From the NCBI GenBank assembly GCA_025058615.1, contig JANXDM010000001.1, forward strand, positions 1 to 55,722: a DNA stretch of 55,722 bases, written 5' to 3'. The notes beneath the pieces are model-generated. The model was given only the letters and a program-made list of their open reading frames with translations, was not told where the DNA came from and did not search any database. A program made the translations under genes and the position numbers. Below are positions 17,171 to 27,819 of this stretch, in pieces (the stretch's first letter is position 1; every line of letters begins with the position of its first letter). The DNA comes from Candidatus Pacearchaeota archaeon. GTDB lineage: Archaea > Nanobdellota > Nanobdellia > Pacearchaeales > UBA284.

Positions 17171-18406
17171 ATGAAAAGAAAAGAGGAAGTAGGCGAAGAA
17201 CTTAGCAACTTGTTTGACTCTTTTGTAAAAAAAAGTATTTTTAAAAATAAAATTGCATTACAAGCAAACTATACACCGGAAACAATACCACATAGAGAAA
17301 AACAAATAACACAAGTTGCTTCTATAATAGCACCTAGTTTAAGGTTGGAAAGGCCGAGTAATCTTTTTATTTATGGTTTAACGGGAACAGGCAAAACACT
17401 CGTAGTTCAATATGTGAGAAACCAATTATTAAAAAAAGCAAGCGAAATAGGCGTTTCTTTATTAATCCCATATATAAATTGCAAACTTAAAAAAGTTGCA
17501 GATACAGAATACAGGATTCTAGCCGAATTAATAAACAAAACAGGTGGAAAAGTTCCAGCTACAGGCTTACCTACAGACCAGTTGTACAGGAAATTTATTG
17601 ATTTAATAGATATCAAAAAACAAATAGTGATAATAATTTTTGATGAAATAGATCAAGCTGTTAAAAGGATAGGAGATGAGTTTCTATATAATTTTACAAG
17701 ACTTAACACAGAATTGAGCAAAGCACAGATAACTATAATAGGTTTGTCTAACGATTTAAAATTTTTAGATACACTAGACCCAAGAGTCAAAAGTTCTTTA
17801 AGCGAAGAAGAAATTTTATTTCCACCATACAATGCCTTACAATTGCAAGACATCCTTAGAGAAAGAGCAAAAGAAGCTTTCAAAGAAGGTGTTGTTTCTG
17901 AAGGAGTAATAGAAAAATGTGCTGCTCTTGCTGCAAGAGAACATGGAGATGCAAGAAGAGCTCTCGACTTATTGAGAATTGCAGGCGAACTCGTAGAGAG
18001 AGATAACAAAGACAAAATCACCTTAGACTATGTAGATAAAGCAAAAGAAAAAATAGAAACAGATAAATTGTTACTTGCTGTAGAGACACAACCAAGACAA
18101 TTTCAACTTACATTACTTGCAATAATAGAAGCTTTGAAAAAAGTTAAAAGAGAGAGGAAAGAAGATAAAGTTTTTACAGGAGATGTTTATAATCTCTATT
18201 ATGAACTTTGTAAAAAAACAAAAACAGAAGTATTAACCCAAAGAAGAATCAGTGATATCATAGCAGAGTTTGATATGTTGGGGTTGATCAATGCGAAAGT
18301 TATTAGTAAAGGAAGATATGGGAGGACAAGAGAAATAAGGTTAGATTTACCAACCCAACTCATAGAAAAAATAAATATTCTTTTACTGAATTCTTTAAAT
18401 CAGTAA
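17171..18406 (+). CDS. cdc6: Orc1/Cdc6 replication initiator
   Basis: Trimmed to ATG 17171. Walker A IYGLTGTGKT, Walker B IIFDEIDQ, sensor region and C-terminal winged helix. Confidence 0.95.
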   Translation: MKRKEEVGEELSNLFDSFVKKSIFKNKIALQANYTPETIPHREKQITQVASIIAPSLRLERPSNLFIYGLTGTGKTLVVQYVRNQLLKKASEIGVSLLIPYINCKLKKVADTEYRILAELINKTGGKVPATGLPTDQLYRKFIDLIDIKKQIVIIIFDEIDQAVKRIGDEFLYNFTRLNTELSKAQITIIGLSNDLKFLDTLDPRVKSSLSEEEILFPPYNALQLQDILRERAKEAFKEGVVSEGVIEKCAALAAREHGDARRALDLLRIAGELVERDNKDKITLDYVDKAKEKIETDKLLLAVETQPRQFQLTLLAIIEALKKVKRERKEDKVFTGDVYNLYYELCKKTKTEVLTQRRISDIIAEFDMLGLINAKVISKGRYGRTREIRLDLPTQLIEKINILLLNSLNQ

Positions 18407-18407
18407 T

Positions 18408-19934
18408 ATGATGAATGTAGTTCAAGAATTAATGGCGAAAGGTTATTTGATCGAAACAAATTTCTTGAAATCAGATATTTTAGAACAACTTTTAAAGTTG
18501 GATAAGGATCTATTTTTTGAATTAATTTTTTCTATGAATCCCCCTAAAATAATAAACAAAAATTTTTTTATAAAGACCATGCCTTTATTAGTAGAAAAAT
18601 TAAAGAAGTATCAAAAAGAAGAAACTTTTCAAATTGCTTCTTATTTTTCCGAAAAATACTTGAAGAAAGAAGAAAAAAAAGAAGAAGTTTTTGAAGAATC
18701 AAATAATTTAGATATAATACAAGAGTATGATGTAAAGGCAAGAAAAATAGAGGTGGAGGATTTTGTAGAATATTTTCGTTCTAGGTATAAATTCTTCAAA
18801 AATATTTTACAAGAAAGGATAGAAAACATAGTTAGTATAGGAAAAATTTTCGGAAACAGAAGAAATATTTTTGTGATAGGTATAGTTTACGATAAAAAAT
18901 ATACTAAAAATAAAAATATACTTTTAGAATTGGAAGATCTGAGTGGGAAAATTGTTGCAATAGTAAATAAAGACAAAAAAGAAGTTTTCGAAAAAGCTTC
19001 TTCTGTTGTTCTTGATGAAGTTATCGCTGTTAAAGCTTCGGGAAATAGAGAAGTGTTGTTCGTGGAAGATATAATTTTTCCAGATATTATTTTGAAAGAA
19101 AAAAAATATGCAAAAGAGGAAGAATATGCTATTTTCATCGCGGATTTACATATAGGTTCTAATAAATTTTTAGAAGAGAATTTTCTCAAATTTATTTCTT
19201 GGATTAATGGTAAGATTGGAAATGAAAGACAGGAAGAAATAGCAAAAAAAGTAAAATATCTTTTTATTGTTGGCGATCTTGTGGATGGTGTAGGAATCTA
19301 CCCTAATCAAGAAAAAGAACTAAAGATTAAAGATATTTACGAACAATACAAGTATTGTGCAGAATTGTTAAAAAAAATAAGAAAAGATATAAAAATTATT
19401 GTTTGCCCTGGAAATCACGATGCCGTAAGACTTTTAGAGCCGCAACCAAAATTCAATCAAGAAATCATTGATATTTTTAATTCAGAAAATATCTTTTTTA
19501 CGACAAATCCTTCTTTAGTTAATATAGGAAAAACAAAAAATTTCGAAGGATTTAATGTTTTACTTTACCATGGAAGATCTTTGGATTATTACATAGACAA
19601 AATAGATTTTTTGAGATTATCAAATGCAAAATTAGATCCTGCGCTCGTTTTAGAATTTCTTCTTAAAAAAAGACACTTGGGCCCAGCACATGCAAGTACA
19701 AACATCCTTCCAGTGGAAGATGCTCTTGCTTTAAAAAAAATACCAGATATAATAGTTACGGCTCATGTTCACAGAAGCGCGGTATTGAATTATAACAACA
19801 TTTTAGTCATTTCATGTTCTTGTTTTCAATCTAGAACTTCTTACCAAGAAAAATTAGGCCATGAGCCAGACCCGTGTAAAATTTGTTTGTTTAACTTAAA
19901 AACAAGGAAATTGAATATTTTAGATTTTAGTTAA
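18408..19934 (+). CDS. dp1: DNA polymerase D (Pol II) small subunit DP1
   Basis: Mre11-like phosphoesterase motifs IFIADLHIGS, FIVGDLVDG, CPGNHD, YHGRS, TAHVHR. Starts 1 nt after the cdc6 stop. Confidence 0.9.
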   Translation: MMNVVQELMAKGYLIETNFLKSDILEQLLKLDKDLFFELIFSMNPPKIINKNFFIKTMPLLVEKLKKYQKEETFQIASYFSEKYLKKEEKKEEVFEESNNLDIIQEYDVKARKIEVEDFVEYFRSRYKFFKNILQERIENIVSIGKIFGNRRNIFVIGIVYDKKYTKNKNILLELEDLSGKIVAIVNKDKKEVFEKASSVVLDEVIAVKASGNREVLFVEDIIFPDIILKEKKYAKEEEYAIFIADLHIGSNKFLEENFLKFISWINGKIGNERQEEIAKKVKYLFIVGDLVDGVGIYPNQEKELKIKDIYEQYKYCAELLKKIRKDIKIIVCPGNHDAVRLLEPQPKFNQEIIDIFNSENIFFTTNPSLVNIGKTKNFEGFNVLLYHGRSLDYYIDKIDFLRLSNAKLDPALVLEFLLKKRHLGPAHASTNILPVEDALALKKIPDIIVTAHVHRSAVLNYNNILVISCSCFQSRTSYQEKLGHEPDPCKICLFNLKTRKLNILDFS

Positions 19935-20012
19935 TTTTTTGGTTGCAAAATTTTAAAAAATATAATAAAAACAAAGAAAAATTTTTATAAAAAGAAACAA
20001 CATATTCGTAAA

Positions 20013-23000
20013 ATGTCTCTACAGAGTTATTTCGAAGAAATAGAAAGGAAAGTAAAGAAAGCTCTAGAAATAGCAGAAAAAGCCAGAATCAAAGGAATGG
20101 ATCCAAAGGAAAAAGTAGAAATAAATTTTGCAACTACGTTAGCACAAAGAGCAGTTGGATTAGTTTCCCTTGCATATCCACAACTAAAGGATTCTAGAAT
20201 AGAACATAGAATAAGGGAGTTAGAAGAAGAATATGGGTTTTTGGATCCTGCTGTGGCATTGAAAATTGCAGAAGAAGTTGCGAAAGAAAAATTTTGTAAA
20301 TTCCGTAGTTTGATAGAAGCAATAGAAGCCGGCGTAAAACTAGGGTTTGCTTACTTAACGCTGAGTGTTGTCGTTTCCCCTATAGAAGGCCTAACACATA
20401 TAAAAACAAAGAAAACAAAAAGTGGAAAAGAATATCTTGCTGCATATTATTCTGGACCGATAAGATCGGCGGGCACTACAATGGCAAGTTTTTCTTTGGT
20501 GATAATAGATCATCTAAGAGAGATTTTTGGTTTCGCAAAATATGATCCTACGGAGGAAGAAATTCGTCGTGGGATTACAGAAGTTTATGATTATCACGAG
20601 AGAATCGCCAATTTACAATATTTAGCATCTGAAGAAGAACTCGACTTTCTTTTGAGAAACATACCAATACAAATAGATGGTCTACCGACTGAAGAAGAAG
20701 AAGTCAGCAATTACAAAGACTTAGAGAGGATAGAAACAAATTTTATTCGTGGAGGTTTCTGTCTTGAACTTTCAGAGGCTTTAGCACAAAAAGCTAGCAA
20801 ATTAATCCCTCGAATAAAAAAGTTGCGAGAAAAAGGTTTCAAGCTTAGTGAATGGGATTTCTTAGAAGAGTTTGTAACTTTGCAGAAAAAAGTTAGAAAA
20901 GAAAAAAAAGAAGAAGCAGAAGATATTTACATCAAAGAAGCGGTTGCTGGAAGACCGATTTTTGCGCATCCTTCTAGGAGTGGGGCTTTTAGGTTGCGTT
21001 ACGGAAGATGTAGAACAAGCGGATATAGCGCTGTTGCTTTGAATCCAGCTACGATGAAACTTTTAGAAAATTTTGTTGCAATAGGAACCCAACTAAAGTT
21101 GGAAAAACCTATGAAAAGCGCAGTGGTAAGTGTTTGCGATACTATAGACGGACCTATAGTCAAGCTGAAAGATGGTTCTGTAAAAATATTAAAAACTAAA
21201 GAAGAAGCAGAAAATTATAGTAAAGATGTAGAAGAAATCCTTTATCTTGGGGATATTTTAATTTCTTACGGAGATTTTTATGATAGAAACCATGTTTTGT
21301 TGCCTTGTGGTTATTGTGAAGAATGGTGGAACGCTGAAATAAAAGAAACTTTGAAATATAAAGAGAAAAAAATCGAAATTCCAAAAAAAATATCTTTAAG
21401 AGAAGCTATAGAAATAAGCGCTTCTTTTGGAGTTCCTCTTCATCCACAATTCACTTTTTTCTGGTCTCAAATAACTAAAGAACAATTTTTTTCTTTAGTT
21501 AGGTGGTTAAAATCTGGAGAAATTCGTGAAAGAAAATTTGTCTTACCCTTTTCTAGTTTTGAGAGAGAAAAATGGAAAGACGCCAAAAGAGCTTTAGAAA
21601 TTATAGGCGCAGAACACAAAGTCACAACAGCAAATGTTGTTTTGGAAGAAGAAACGTGGAAAGCACTTGCTTTGAATCTTGGTTTAGAGGAAAATTTCAA
21701 AGAAAAAATAGAAAAAATTTTATCTTCTGAGGATTGTGATTCTAATCCTTTAGAAATCGTTAATAAGTTCAGCAAGTTCAAAATAAAAGACAAGGCTGGA
21801 ACTTTTATAGGGTGTAGGATGGGAAGACCCGAGAAGGCAAAACCGAGAGAACTTACAGGGTCTCCTAATGGATTGTTTCCAGTCGGAGAAGAAGGGGGAA
21901 AGACTAGGAGTTTGCAAAACTCATTAGAAATTGGGTTCGTGAAAGCAGATTTTCCAATTTTCTTTTGTGAAAAATGCAACAAAGAAACAATCTACCCAGT
22001 CTGTGAAATTTGTTCAGAAAAAACAAGAAAATTATTTTATTGTGTTAAATGTGGGAAACTTTTAAAGACAGATCTTTGTAACATACATGGAAAAGCACAA
22101 CCTTTTTGTGAGAAGAAGATAGATATAAAACATTATTTCGAAATTGCTCTAAAAAAAATCAATTCTACCGGAAATCAAATAAACCCAAAACTTGTTAAAG
22201 GAGTGAAAGGGACGAGTTCTGAAGGGCACATGGTAGAAAATTTATGCAAAGCGATTTTGAGGGCTGCGTTTGGACTTCATGTTAATAAAGACGGTACTAT
22301 TCGTTTTGATGCGACCGAACTTCCGATTACCCATTTCAAACCTAAAGAAATTAATGTTGGTGTAGATAAATTAAGGGAGTTAGGTTATTTATATGATGTG
22401 GAAGGTAAAGAATTAACAAACGAAGAACAGCTCTTAGAAATTAAACCATGTGATGTTATTTTACCTTGCTGTCCCGAATCTCCAGACGAAACAGCAGATC
22501 ATTTCTTCGTTAGAGTGGCGCAATTTATAGATTTCTTGCTGGAAACTTTTTATGATTTAGAACCTTTTTATAAAATAAGGAAAAGAGAGGATCTTTTGGG
22601 ACATTTACTCATAACCATAGCACCGCATAATGCAGCTGGGGTTGCTGCAAGAATTATAGGTTTTAGCAATTTACAAGCCTTCCTTGCTTCTCCTTTTTTG
22701 CATGGGGCGATGCGCAGAGATTGTGACGGCGATGAAGCAGGGATGATGTTGTTGCTCGATGCTCTGTTAAATTTCTCTCGAGATTTTATTCCAGCCCATA
22801 GGGGGGCTACACAAGATTGCCCTATTGTTTTGAATGCAAGATTGCGCTCTAATGAAGTTGATGAAATGGTTTATAACATAGACATAGTAAAAGAATACCC
22901 TCTTGAATTCTATATGGCTGCAGAAAAAGGAATGATGCCGCGTGATGTTAAGATTTTACAAGTTTCCGATAGGGTTAGATTAGGTGATGAGGCTTTTACT

Positions 23001-23474
23001 AATCTTTTTTACACACATGAAACTCCTAGAATCGACAATGGAGTATTATGTAGCGCGTACAAGAGTCTTGCAACAATTCCTGAAAAAGTAGCAAAACAAA
23101 TGGAACTAGCAAAAAAAATAAGAGCTGTCGATAGTAACAATGTCGCCGCGCTCATTCTCGAAAAACATCTTCTTAGAGATATAAAAGGAAACTTTCATAA
23201 ATTTACAAGACAACAATTTAGATGTGTGCAATGTAACGAGAAATATCGAAGGCCCCCACTGGCAGGAAAATGTTTGAGGTGCAACGGGAGAATAGTTTTT
23301 ACAATCGCAGAAGGATCTATTGTTAAGTATTTAGAATTGGCAATGAAACTGGCAAAAGAATTTAAAATTTCTAATTATTTACAACAAAACATCCAACTAC
23401 TCAAACAGAATATAGAAAGTGTTTTTGGAAAAAAGAACGAAAAACAAGAAAAACTAGTAAGTTTTTTTTCATGA
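20013..23474 (+). CDS. dp2: DNA polymerase D (Pol II) large catalytic subunit DP2
   Basis: 1153 aa. CRMGRPEKAKPRE, internal Cys clusters, C-terminal zinc module FRCVQCNEKYRRPPLAGKCLRCNG. Length gives no sign of an intein. Confidence 0.95.
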   Translation: MSLQSYFEEIERKVKKALEIAEKARIKGMDPKEKVEINFATTLAQRAVGLVSLAYPQLKDSRIEHRIRELEEEYGFLDPAVALKIAEEVAKEKFCKFRSLIEAIEAGVKLGFAYLTLSVVVSPIEGLTHIKTKKTKSGKEYLAAYYSGPIRSAGTTMASFSLVIIDHLREIFGFAKYDPTEEEIRRGITEVYDYHERIANLQYLASEEELDFLLRNIPIQIDGLPTEEEEVSNYKDLERIETNFIRGGFCLELSEALAQKASKLIPRIKKLREKGFKLSEWDFLEEFVTLQKKVRKEKKEEAEDIYIKEAVAGRPIFAHPSRSGAFRLRYGRCRTSGYSAVALNPATMKLLENFVAIGTQLKLEKPMKSAVVSVCDTIDGPIVKLKDGSVKILKTKEEAENYSKDVEEILYLGDILISYGDFYDRNHVLLPCGYCEEWWNAEIKETLKYKEKKIEIPKKISLREAIEISASFGVPLHPQFTFFWSQITKEQFFSLVRWLKSGEIRERKFVLPFSSFEREKWKDAKRALEIIGAEHKVTTANVVLEEETWKALALNLGLEENFKEKIEKILSSEDCDSNPLEIVNKFSKFKIKDKAGTFIGCRMGRPEKAKPRELTGSPNGLFPVGEEGGKTRSLQNSLEIGFVKADFPIFFCEKCNKETIYPVCEICSEKTRKLFYCVKCGKLLKTDLCNIHGKAQPFCEKKIDIKHYFEIALKKINSTGNQINPKLVKGVKGTSSEGHMVENLCKAILRAAFGLHVNKDGTIRFDATELPITHFKPKEINVGVDKLRELGYLYDVEGKELTNEEQLLEIKPCDVILPCCPESPDETADHFFVRVAQFIDFLLETFYDLEPFYKIRKREDLLGHLLITIAPHNAAGVAARIIGFSNLQAFLASPFLHGAMRRDCDGDEAGMMLLLDALLNFSRDFIPAHRGATQDCPIVLNARLRSNEVDEMVYNIDIVKEYPLEFYMAAEKGMMPRDVKILQVSDRVRLGDEAFTNLFYTHETPRIDNGVLCSAYKSLATIPEKVAKQMELAKKIRAVDSNNVAALILEKHLLRDIKGNFHKFTRQQFRCVQCNEKYRRPPLAGKCLRCNGRIVFTIAEGSIVKYLELAMKLAKEFKISNYLQQNIQLLKQNIESVFGKKNEKQEKLVSFFS

Positions 23475-24662
23475 AAGATACCAAATAATTACTGGTAAAA
23501 TTAAAGAACCCATCAAATGTATTTTTCTAATACCAAACATAGAAGCCATAATTCCAAGACAAGTCCCCACGAAAAAAACGAGTAAAGAAGCAAGGCCAGA
23601 AACTATAGGCGTCAAAATAAGAAGGAAAATTAAAATTCCTAGACAAATCCATTTATATTTTATTTTTGTTATGTTTTTACTGAAAATTCTTGCAAAAAAC
23701 GAGGCAATAAAAAAGCAAACGAAAGACGTTAAAACTGCAACAACCATGAAAAGAATTATTTCTTTTTCAGATAACCCTGGTAAGAATTTTCCTACAAATA
23801 CTGCAACACCTGTTCTAGGTTTTTGTATTGCATAAAGAGCAACAAAGCTAAAGAGCATAGTCATCGTGCTTATCATACCCAAAACAAACAAAAAAACTTT
23901 AGACGACATTTTTTTGAGACTTGCAGAAATAGATGCAGCTTGCGCCGCCCCCACACCTGGTAAGAAAGAGACCAAACTAGAAGAAAGAATAGAAGACCAA
24001 ATTCCGGTGAGGATATCTTTCTTTTGAATTTTTACTTTTCGAATCTTTTGTTTTGGGATAGAAACATTTTGCAAAAAACTAATCAAAAGAAGGGGGGAGC
24101 CGAATAAACTGGTGAACAGAGGAAAAAGGGCTTGCTTTATCAATGTAAAATTCAAAGTCAAAAACCCGAAGACCCCAGAGAAAAGAAAAATGAAGAAGGC
24201 TTCTATCTTCTTATTTTCTTTTATTATTAATAATAAAGATATTCCAAGCAAAATGAAAGGAATCCCTTTATAAAGATAATAATAAAAAAAAGAAGCTGTA
24301 AAAATAAAGAATATTGCAAACGGACATGCAACCAGAGTCCCTAGTAAGCAACCTATAGTTGTTAATTTTATTGCTTCATATCCCTTTCCTTTTAAAAGCA
24401 TTCTATGCCCGGGCAATACACTTAGAGCAGTTTCTTCTTTCGGGGCCCCCAGAAAGATAGAAGGAATGAAATCAATGAAACAATGAGTTATTGCCATTGC
24501 AACTATGAAACATGCCAGCACGAGAGGCGATGTAAAATTCGAAAAGTAAGGGGATAAAATAAAAAGAATGAGAGCAACAAGGTTTATATGTACTCCAGGA
24601 ACTAGACCTGTAAAAATTCCTGCCAAAATTCCAAAAAAAATTGCAAACAATATTTGTAACAT
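23469..24662 (-). CDS. TctA/DUF112-like polytopic membrane protein
   Basis: 397 aa, about 10+ TM segments. N-terminal GILAGIFTGLVPGVHINL and repeated ..LPGVGAAQAA.. motif, as in the TctA family. Confidence 0.55.
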   Translation of the reverse strand: MLQILFAIFFGILAGIFTGLVPGVHINLVALILFILSPYFSNFTSPLVLACFIVAMAITHCFIDFIPSIFLGAPKEETALSVLPGHRMLLKGKGYEAIKLTTIGCLLGTLVACPFAIFFIFTASFFYYYLYKGIPFILLGISLLLIIKENKKIEAFFIFLFSGVFGFLTLNFTLIKQALFPLFTSLFGSPLLLISFLQNVSIPKQKIRKVKIQKKDILTGIWSSILSSSLVSFLPGVGAAQAASISASLKKMSSKVFLFVLGMISTMTMLFSFVALYAIQKPRTGVAVFVGKFLPGLSEKEIILFMVVAVLTSFVCFFIASFFARIFSKNITKIKYKWICLGILIFLLILTPIVSGLASLLVFFVGTCLGIMASMFGIRKIHLMGSLILPVIIWYLS

Positions 24663-24663
24663 C

Positions 24664-25005
24664 TTATTTTTTTATCTTTTTTGCCTGGATTTGTAAATTT
24701 CCTTTATATTCTATTACTTTTCCAATCACTTCTACTCTGGTTTCTGTGAAATTTTTTCCGTTAAATATGATATAAATTGATGCAGTTTCATCACTCAGTT
24801 TAAAAAGAACCATCTCGCCAGTTCTAGTTTTTACTACCCGTACTTCAGAAACTTCCCCCCTTACCTTAACCCACTCTTCGAGTTTCTTTTCATCTATTTT
24901 TGAGATCTCTATTCTTTTTGGTTCCAAATGGTTTACCAAAATAATTAATATAAACAAACCTATGAAAAAGAAAATCGAAGAGAAAATTAGCAATTTTTTC
25001 TTCAT
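24664..25005 (-). CDS. Membrane-anchored OB-fold protein
   Basis: N-terminal TM, then an OB-like VKVRGEVSEVRVVKTRTGEMVLFKLSDETASIYIIF..VEVIGKVIEYKGNLQI. 1-nt gap to the downstream gene. Confidence 0.55.
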   Translation of the reverse strand: MKKKLLIFSSIFFFIGLFILIILVNHLEPKRIEISKIDEKKLEEWVKVRGEVSEVRVVKTRTGEMVLFKLSDETASIYIIFNGKNFTETRVEVIGKVIEYKGNLQIQAKKIKK

Positions 25006-25096
25006 ATCTTTTTATCTAGAAAAAAGTATTTAAATTTTTAAGAAAATTTAAGATTAATAACAAAAAGCTTAATAAATAAAATTTGTTTTATAAAAG

Positions 25097-26041
25097 ATGG
25101 AAAAATCTATGCTTATAAAGAGAAATGTTGTAGAAATAATTACAGAGAAAGAATTGGAGGAAATTCTCGAAAAAAAGAGAAGACCAGTAGCCTATTGTGG
25201 TTATGAGCCTTCTGGACCTTTACATTTAGGCCATTTGGTTACCTTAACCAAACTGCAAGATTTTGAGAAAGCAGGGTTCGAAATAAGAATTTTGCTCGCG
25301 GACGTACATGCTTTTTTAAATAAAAAAGGAAGCAGAGAAGAAATAAAAAAAGAAACAGAGTTGTGGAAAAAACTGTTAATTAAAATAATACCGAAAGCAA
25401 AAATTATCAAAGGGAGTAGCTTTCAGTTTGAAGATTCTTATTTAAAAGAAGTCTTCACGATAGCGCAGAAAATAACAATTACAAGAGGGTTAAGGGCGAT
25501 GCAAGAAATAGCAAGAAACATAGAAAACGCAACAATTTCCCAAGTTTTTTATCCTTTGATGCAAATCGTTGATATAAAATATATCGGAGCAGATATAGCT
25601 TTGGGTGGATTGGAGCAAAGGAAAGTACACATGTTGGGAAAAGAAATGCAAAAATTTTTAGGGCATAAATTTATTGCTTTTCACGTTCCTTTGATATCTT
25701 CTTTGAAAAAACCCGAAGAAAAAATGTCGAAAAGCATCGAGGGAAGTTTTATCTCTGTTACAGATTCTTACGAAATTATGAGAAAAAAGATTTTGGATGC
25801 TTATTGTCCTGAAAAAGATTCAAGGAACAATCCGATAATGCAGATAATCAGACTAATCATATTTCCTAAAGTAGAAAGTTTTAAAATAAAAAGAGAAAAA
25901 AGTTTTGGAGGAGAAGTAGAATTTTCTTCTTATTCTGAGTTAGAATGTGCTTACAATTCTGGAAAAATACACCCTTTAGATTTGAAAAATTCAGTTGTAG
26001 AGTATTTAAGAAACTTTTTGATAAAAAAAAATGAAGTATAA
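25097..26041 (+). CDS. tyrS: Tyrosyl-tRNA synthetase (archaeal type)
   Basis: HIGH-type motif GYEPSGPLHLGHL and KMSKS motif. About 310 aa, lacking a C-terminal S4 domain as in archaeal TyrRS. Confidence 0.9.
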   Translation: MEKSMLIKRNVVEIITEKELEEILEKKRRPVAYCGYEPSGPLHLGHLVTLTKLQDFEKAGFEIRILLADVHAFLNKKGSREEIKKETELWKKLLIKIIPKAKIIKGSSFQFEDSYLKEVFTIAQKITITRGLRAMQEIARNIENATISQVFYPLMQIVDIKYIGADIALGGLEQRKVHMLGKEMQKFLGHKFIAFHVPLISSLKKPEEKMSKSIEGSFISVTDSYEIMRKKILDAYCPEKDSRNNPIMQIIRLIIFPKVESFKIKREKSFGGEVEFSSYSELECAYNSGKIHPLDLKNSVVEYLRNFLIKKNEV

Positions 26042-26793
26042 TCTTGCTCTTGTACTTAGTGGGGGTGGTGTAAGAGGAATTGCACATATAGGTGTAATAA
26101 AAGTTTTTGAAAAAATAAAATTTTTCTAGATGCTATCGTAGGAACGAGTGCCGGTGCTCTTATTGGAGGGATGTATGCAGCAGGAATTTTGGAAAAGTTT
26201 GAGAAAGAATTGATAAGCAAAGAAAAATCACAACTGAAGAAAATATTACGCGTATGGCCTTCGAGGAGGGACTTATAAATACAAAAAAATTAGAAAAAGA
26301 ATTGAGAAAACTTGTCGGAGCAATAAGAATAGAAGAATTAAATAAAAAATTTACAGCAGTTTCTGTAGATCTGTTAACTGGTAAAAAAGAATTTATAGAA
26401 GAAGGAGATCTCGTTGAAGCAATTCTAGCAAGTTGCGCAATCCCTTTGGTTTTTCCGCCTATACACAAAGAAGGAAAGCTTTTGGTTGATGGGGGACTAG
26501 AAGATCCTTTACCCATTGATAAAGCATTCGAAATTGCGAAAAAGGTAATAGCAGTGAATGTCTACAGGTCTATAGAAAAGATGCCAAAAAAAGAAAAATA
26601 CAATTTTGTCGACATATTCGAAAGAGCCCTTGTTATAATACAAAGAGAAATTACTGAAGCAGCTTTGAAAAAATATAAGAAAAACTTGTTAATGATCCAA
26701 CCAGAAGTCAACATAGGGACTTTTGATTTCACAAAAGCAAAGGAGGCTATTGCTCTAGGAGAAGAAGAAGCCGAAAAAATATGTGTAAAATAA
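26031..26793 (+). pseudogene. Patatin-like phospholipase, disrupted by at least two frame changes
   Basis: Frame 1: MKYNLALVLSGGGVRGIAH..KIKFF then stop at 26127. Frame 3 from 26129: DAIVGTSAGALIGGMYAAG.. stops at 26276. Frame 2 ORF 26254..26793 carries ..ASCAIPLVFPP..LLVDGGL. All three patatin motifs (GGGxRG, GxSxG, DGG) are present but in three different frames. Confidence 0.7.
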
Positions 26794-26799
26794 TAAAAT

Positions 26800-27021
26800 T
26801 TATTGGTTAGTTTTTTCTTGTTGTAACTTTGTTCCGCATTCAGGACAAAACTTTTCGTCTCCAGAAAGAAAAATTTTACAATTTGGACATTTTGGTTGGG
26901 GTTTTTCTTCTACAGGGATATAATTAGACCTTCCGGTAAGAAGTTTTCCAAAGGCTTTCTTTACTTCAGGATCGTTTATATATTTTCTTAAATCTCTACA
27001 TCCGCCGGGGGTGAATGGCAT
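26800..27021 (-). CDS. Zinc-ribbon protein
   Basis: 73 aa with C-terminal CPNCKIFLSGDEKFCPECG zinc ribbon. Confidence 0.6.
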   Translation of the reverse strand: MPFTPGGCRDLRKYINDPEVKKAFGKLLTGRSNYIPVEEKPQPKCPNCKIFLSGDEKFCPECGTKLQQEKTNQ

Positions 27022-27108
27022 TTTTTTCCCCGGCCTTTCGAGTTCTCTTTGTGAGTAAGAGAAAAAAGTTTTTAAATCTTTTGTTGGCTTAATAATAATT
27101 TTAACAAA

Positions 27109-27819
27109 ATGAAATTTTTTGGAATTTCTTTTGTTAATGGACTAGGTTTGACTAAAGGATGTGAAAAAACGCCAAAGACTATAAAAAAATTAATCAAGAT
27201 AAATTTAAAAAAAATAAAAACCGATCGCTTTAATATAAAAAAAAGTTTAGAATCGATTTATAAAGAAGCGAAAAAAATTTTAGAAAAAGACGAGGATATT
27301 CTTTTTCTTGGCGGAGATCATTCGATTTCTTTTCCTCTCGTTGCTGCTTTCTTAGAAAAATTTCCAGATGGAGTTCTTATAGTTTTTGATGCTCATATGG
27401 ATTGCATGTCCCCAATGAAAGAACCGACAAACGAAGAATGGCTTCGGGCTTTGATCGAGAAAGAAAAAATAAACAAAGAAAAAATTTTTTTGTTTGGTGT
27501 AAGAAAAATTTATAGGGAAGAAAAAATTTTCTTGAAAAAAAACAAGTTGAATTTCTTTAATTCGTTTTCAGAAATAAAAAACAAAATAAGAGGGCCTGTA
27601 TATCTAAGTGTAGATATAGATGTTTTTGATGCTCCTCTTGTTCCTGGAACTTTTTACAGAGAAAAAGGGGGTCCTTCTTTGGGAAAAGTCTTAAATTTGA
27701 TTAAAAAAATTAAACAGTTAGACCTTAAAGCAGCAGATTTGGTGGAGATCAATCCAGAAAAAGATTTAAATTTTGAAACACTTCGATTAGCAGTGAAAAT
27801 AATAGAAACTTTAAAATGA
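27109..27819 (+). CDS. Arginase/agmatinase-family ureohydrolase (short form)
   Basis: Mn-binding motifs FLGGDHSISFP, IVFDAHMDC, YLSVDIDVFDAP. Confidence 0.8.
   Translation: MKFFGISFVNGLGLTKGCEKTPKTIKKLIKINLKKIKTDRFNIKKSLESIYKEAKKILEKDEDILFLGGDHSISFPLVAAFLEKFPDGVLIVFDAHMDCMSPMKEPTNEEWLRALIEKEKINKEKIFLFGVRKIYREEKIFLKKNKLNFFNSFSEIKNKIRGPVYLSVDIDVFDAPLVPGTFYREKGGPSLGKVLNLIKKIKQLDLKAADLVEINPEKDLNFETLRLAVKIIETLK

Noticed and set aside
20013-23474. Inteins or split genes in DP2, Orc1, Lhr and RadA
   Set aside because: The lengths and uninterrupted motif order are those of intein-free proteins.
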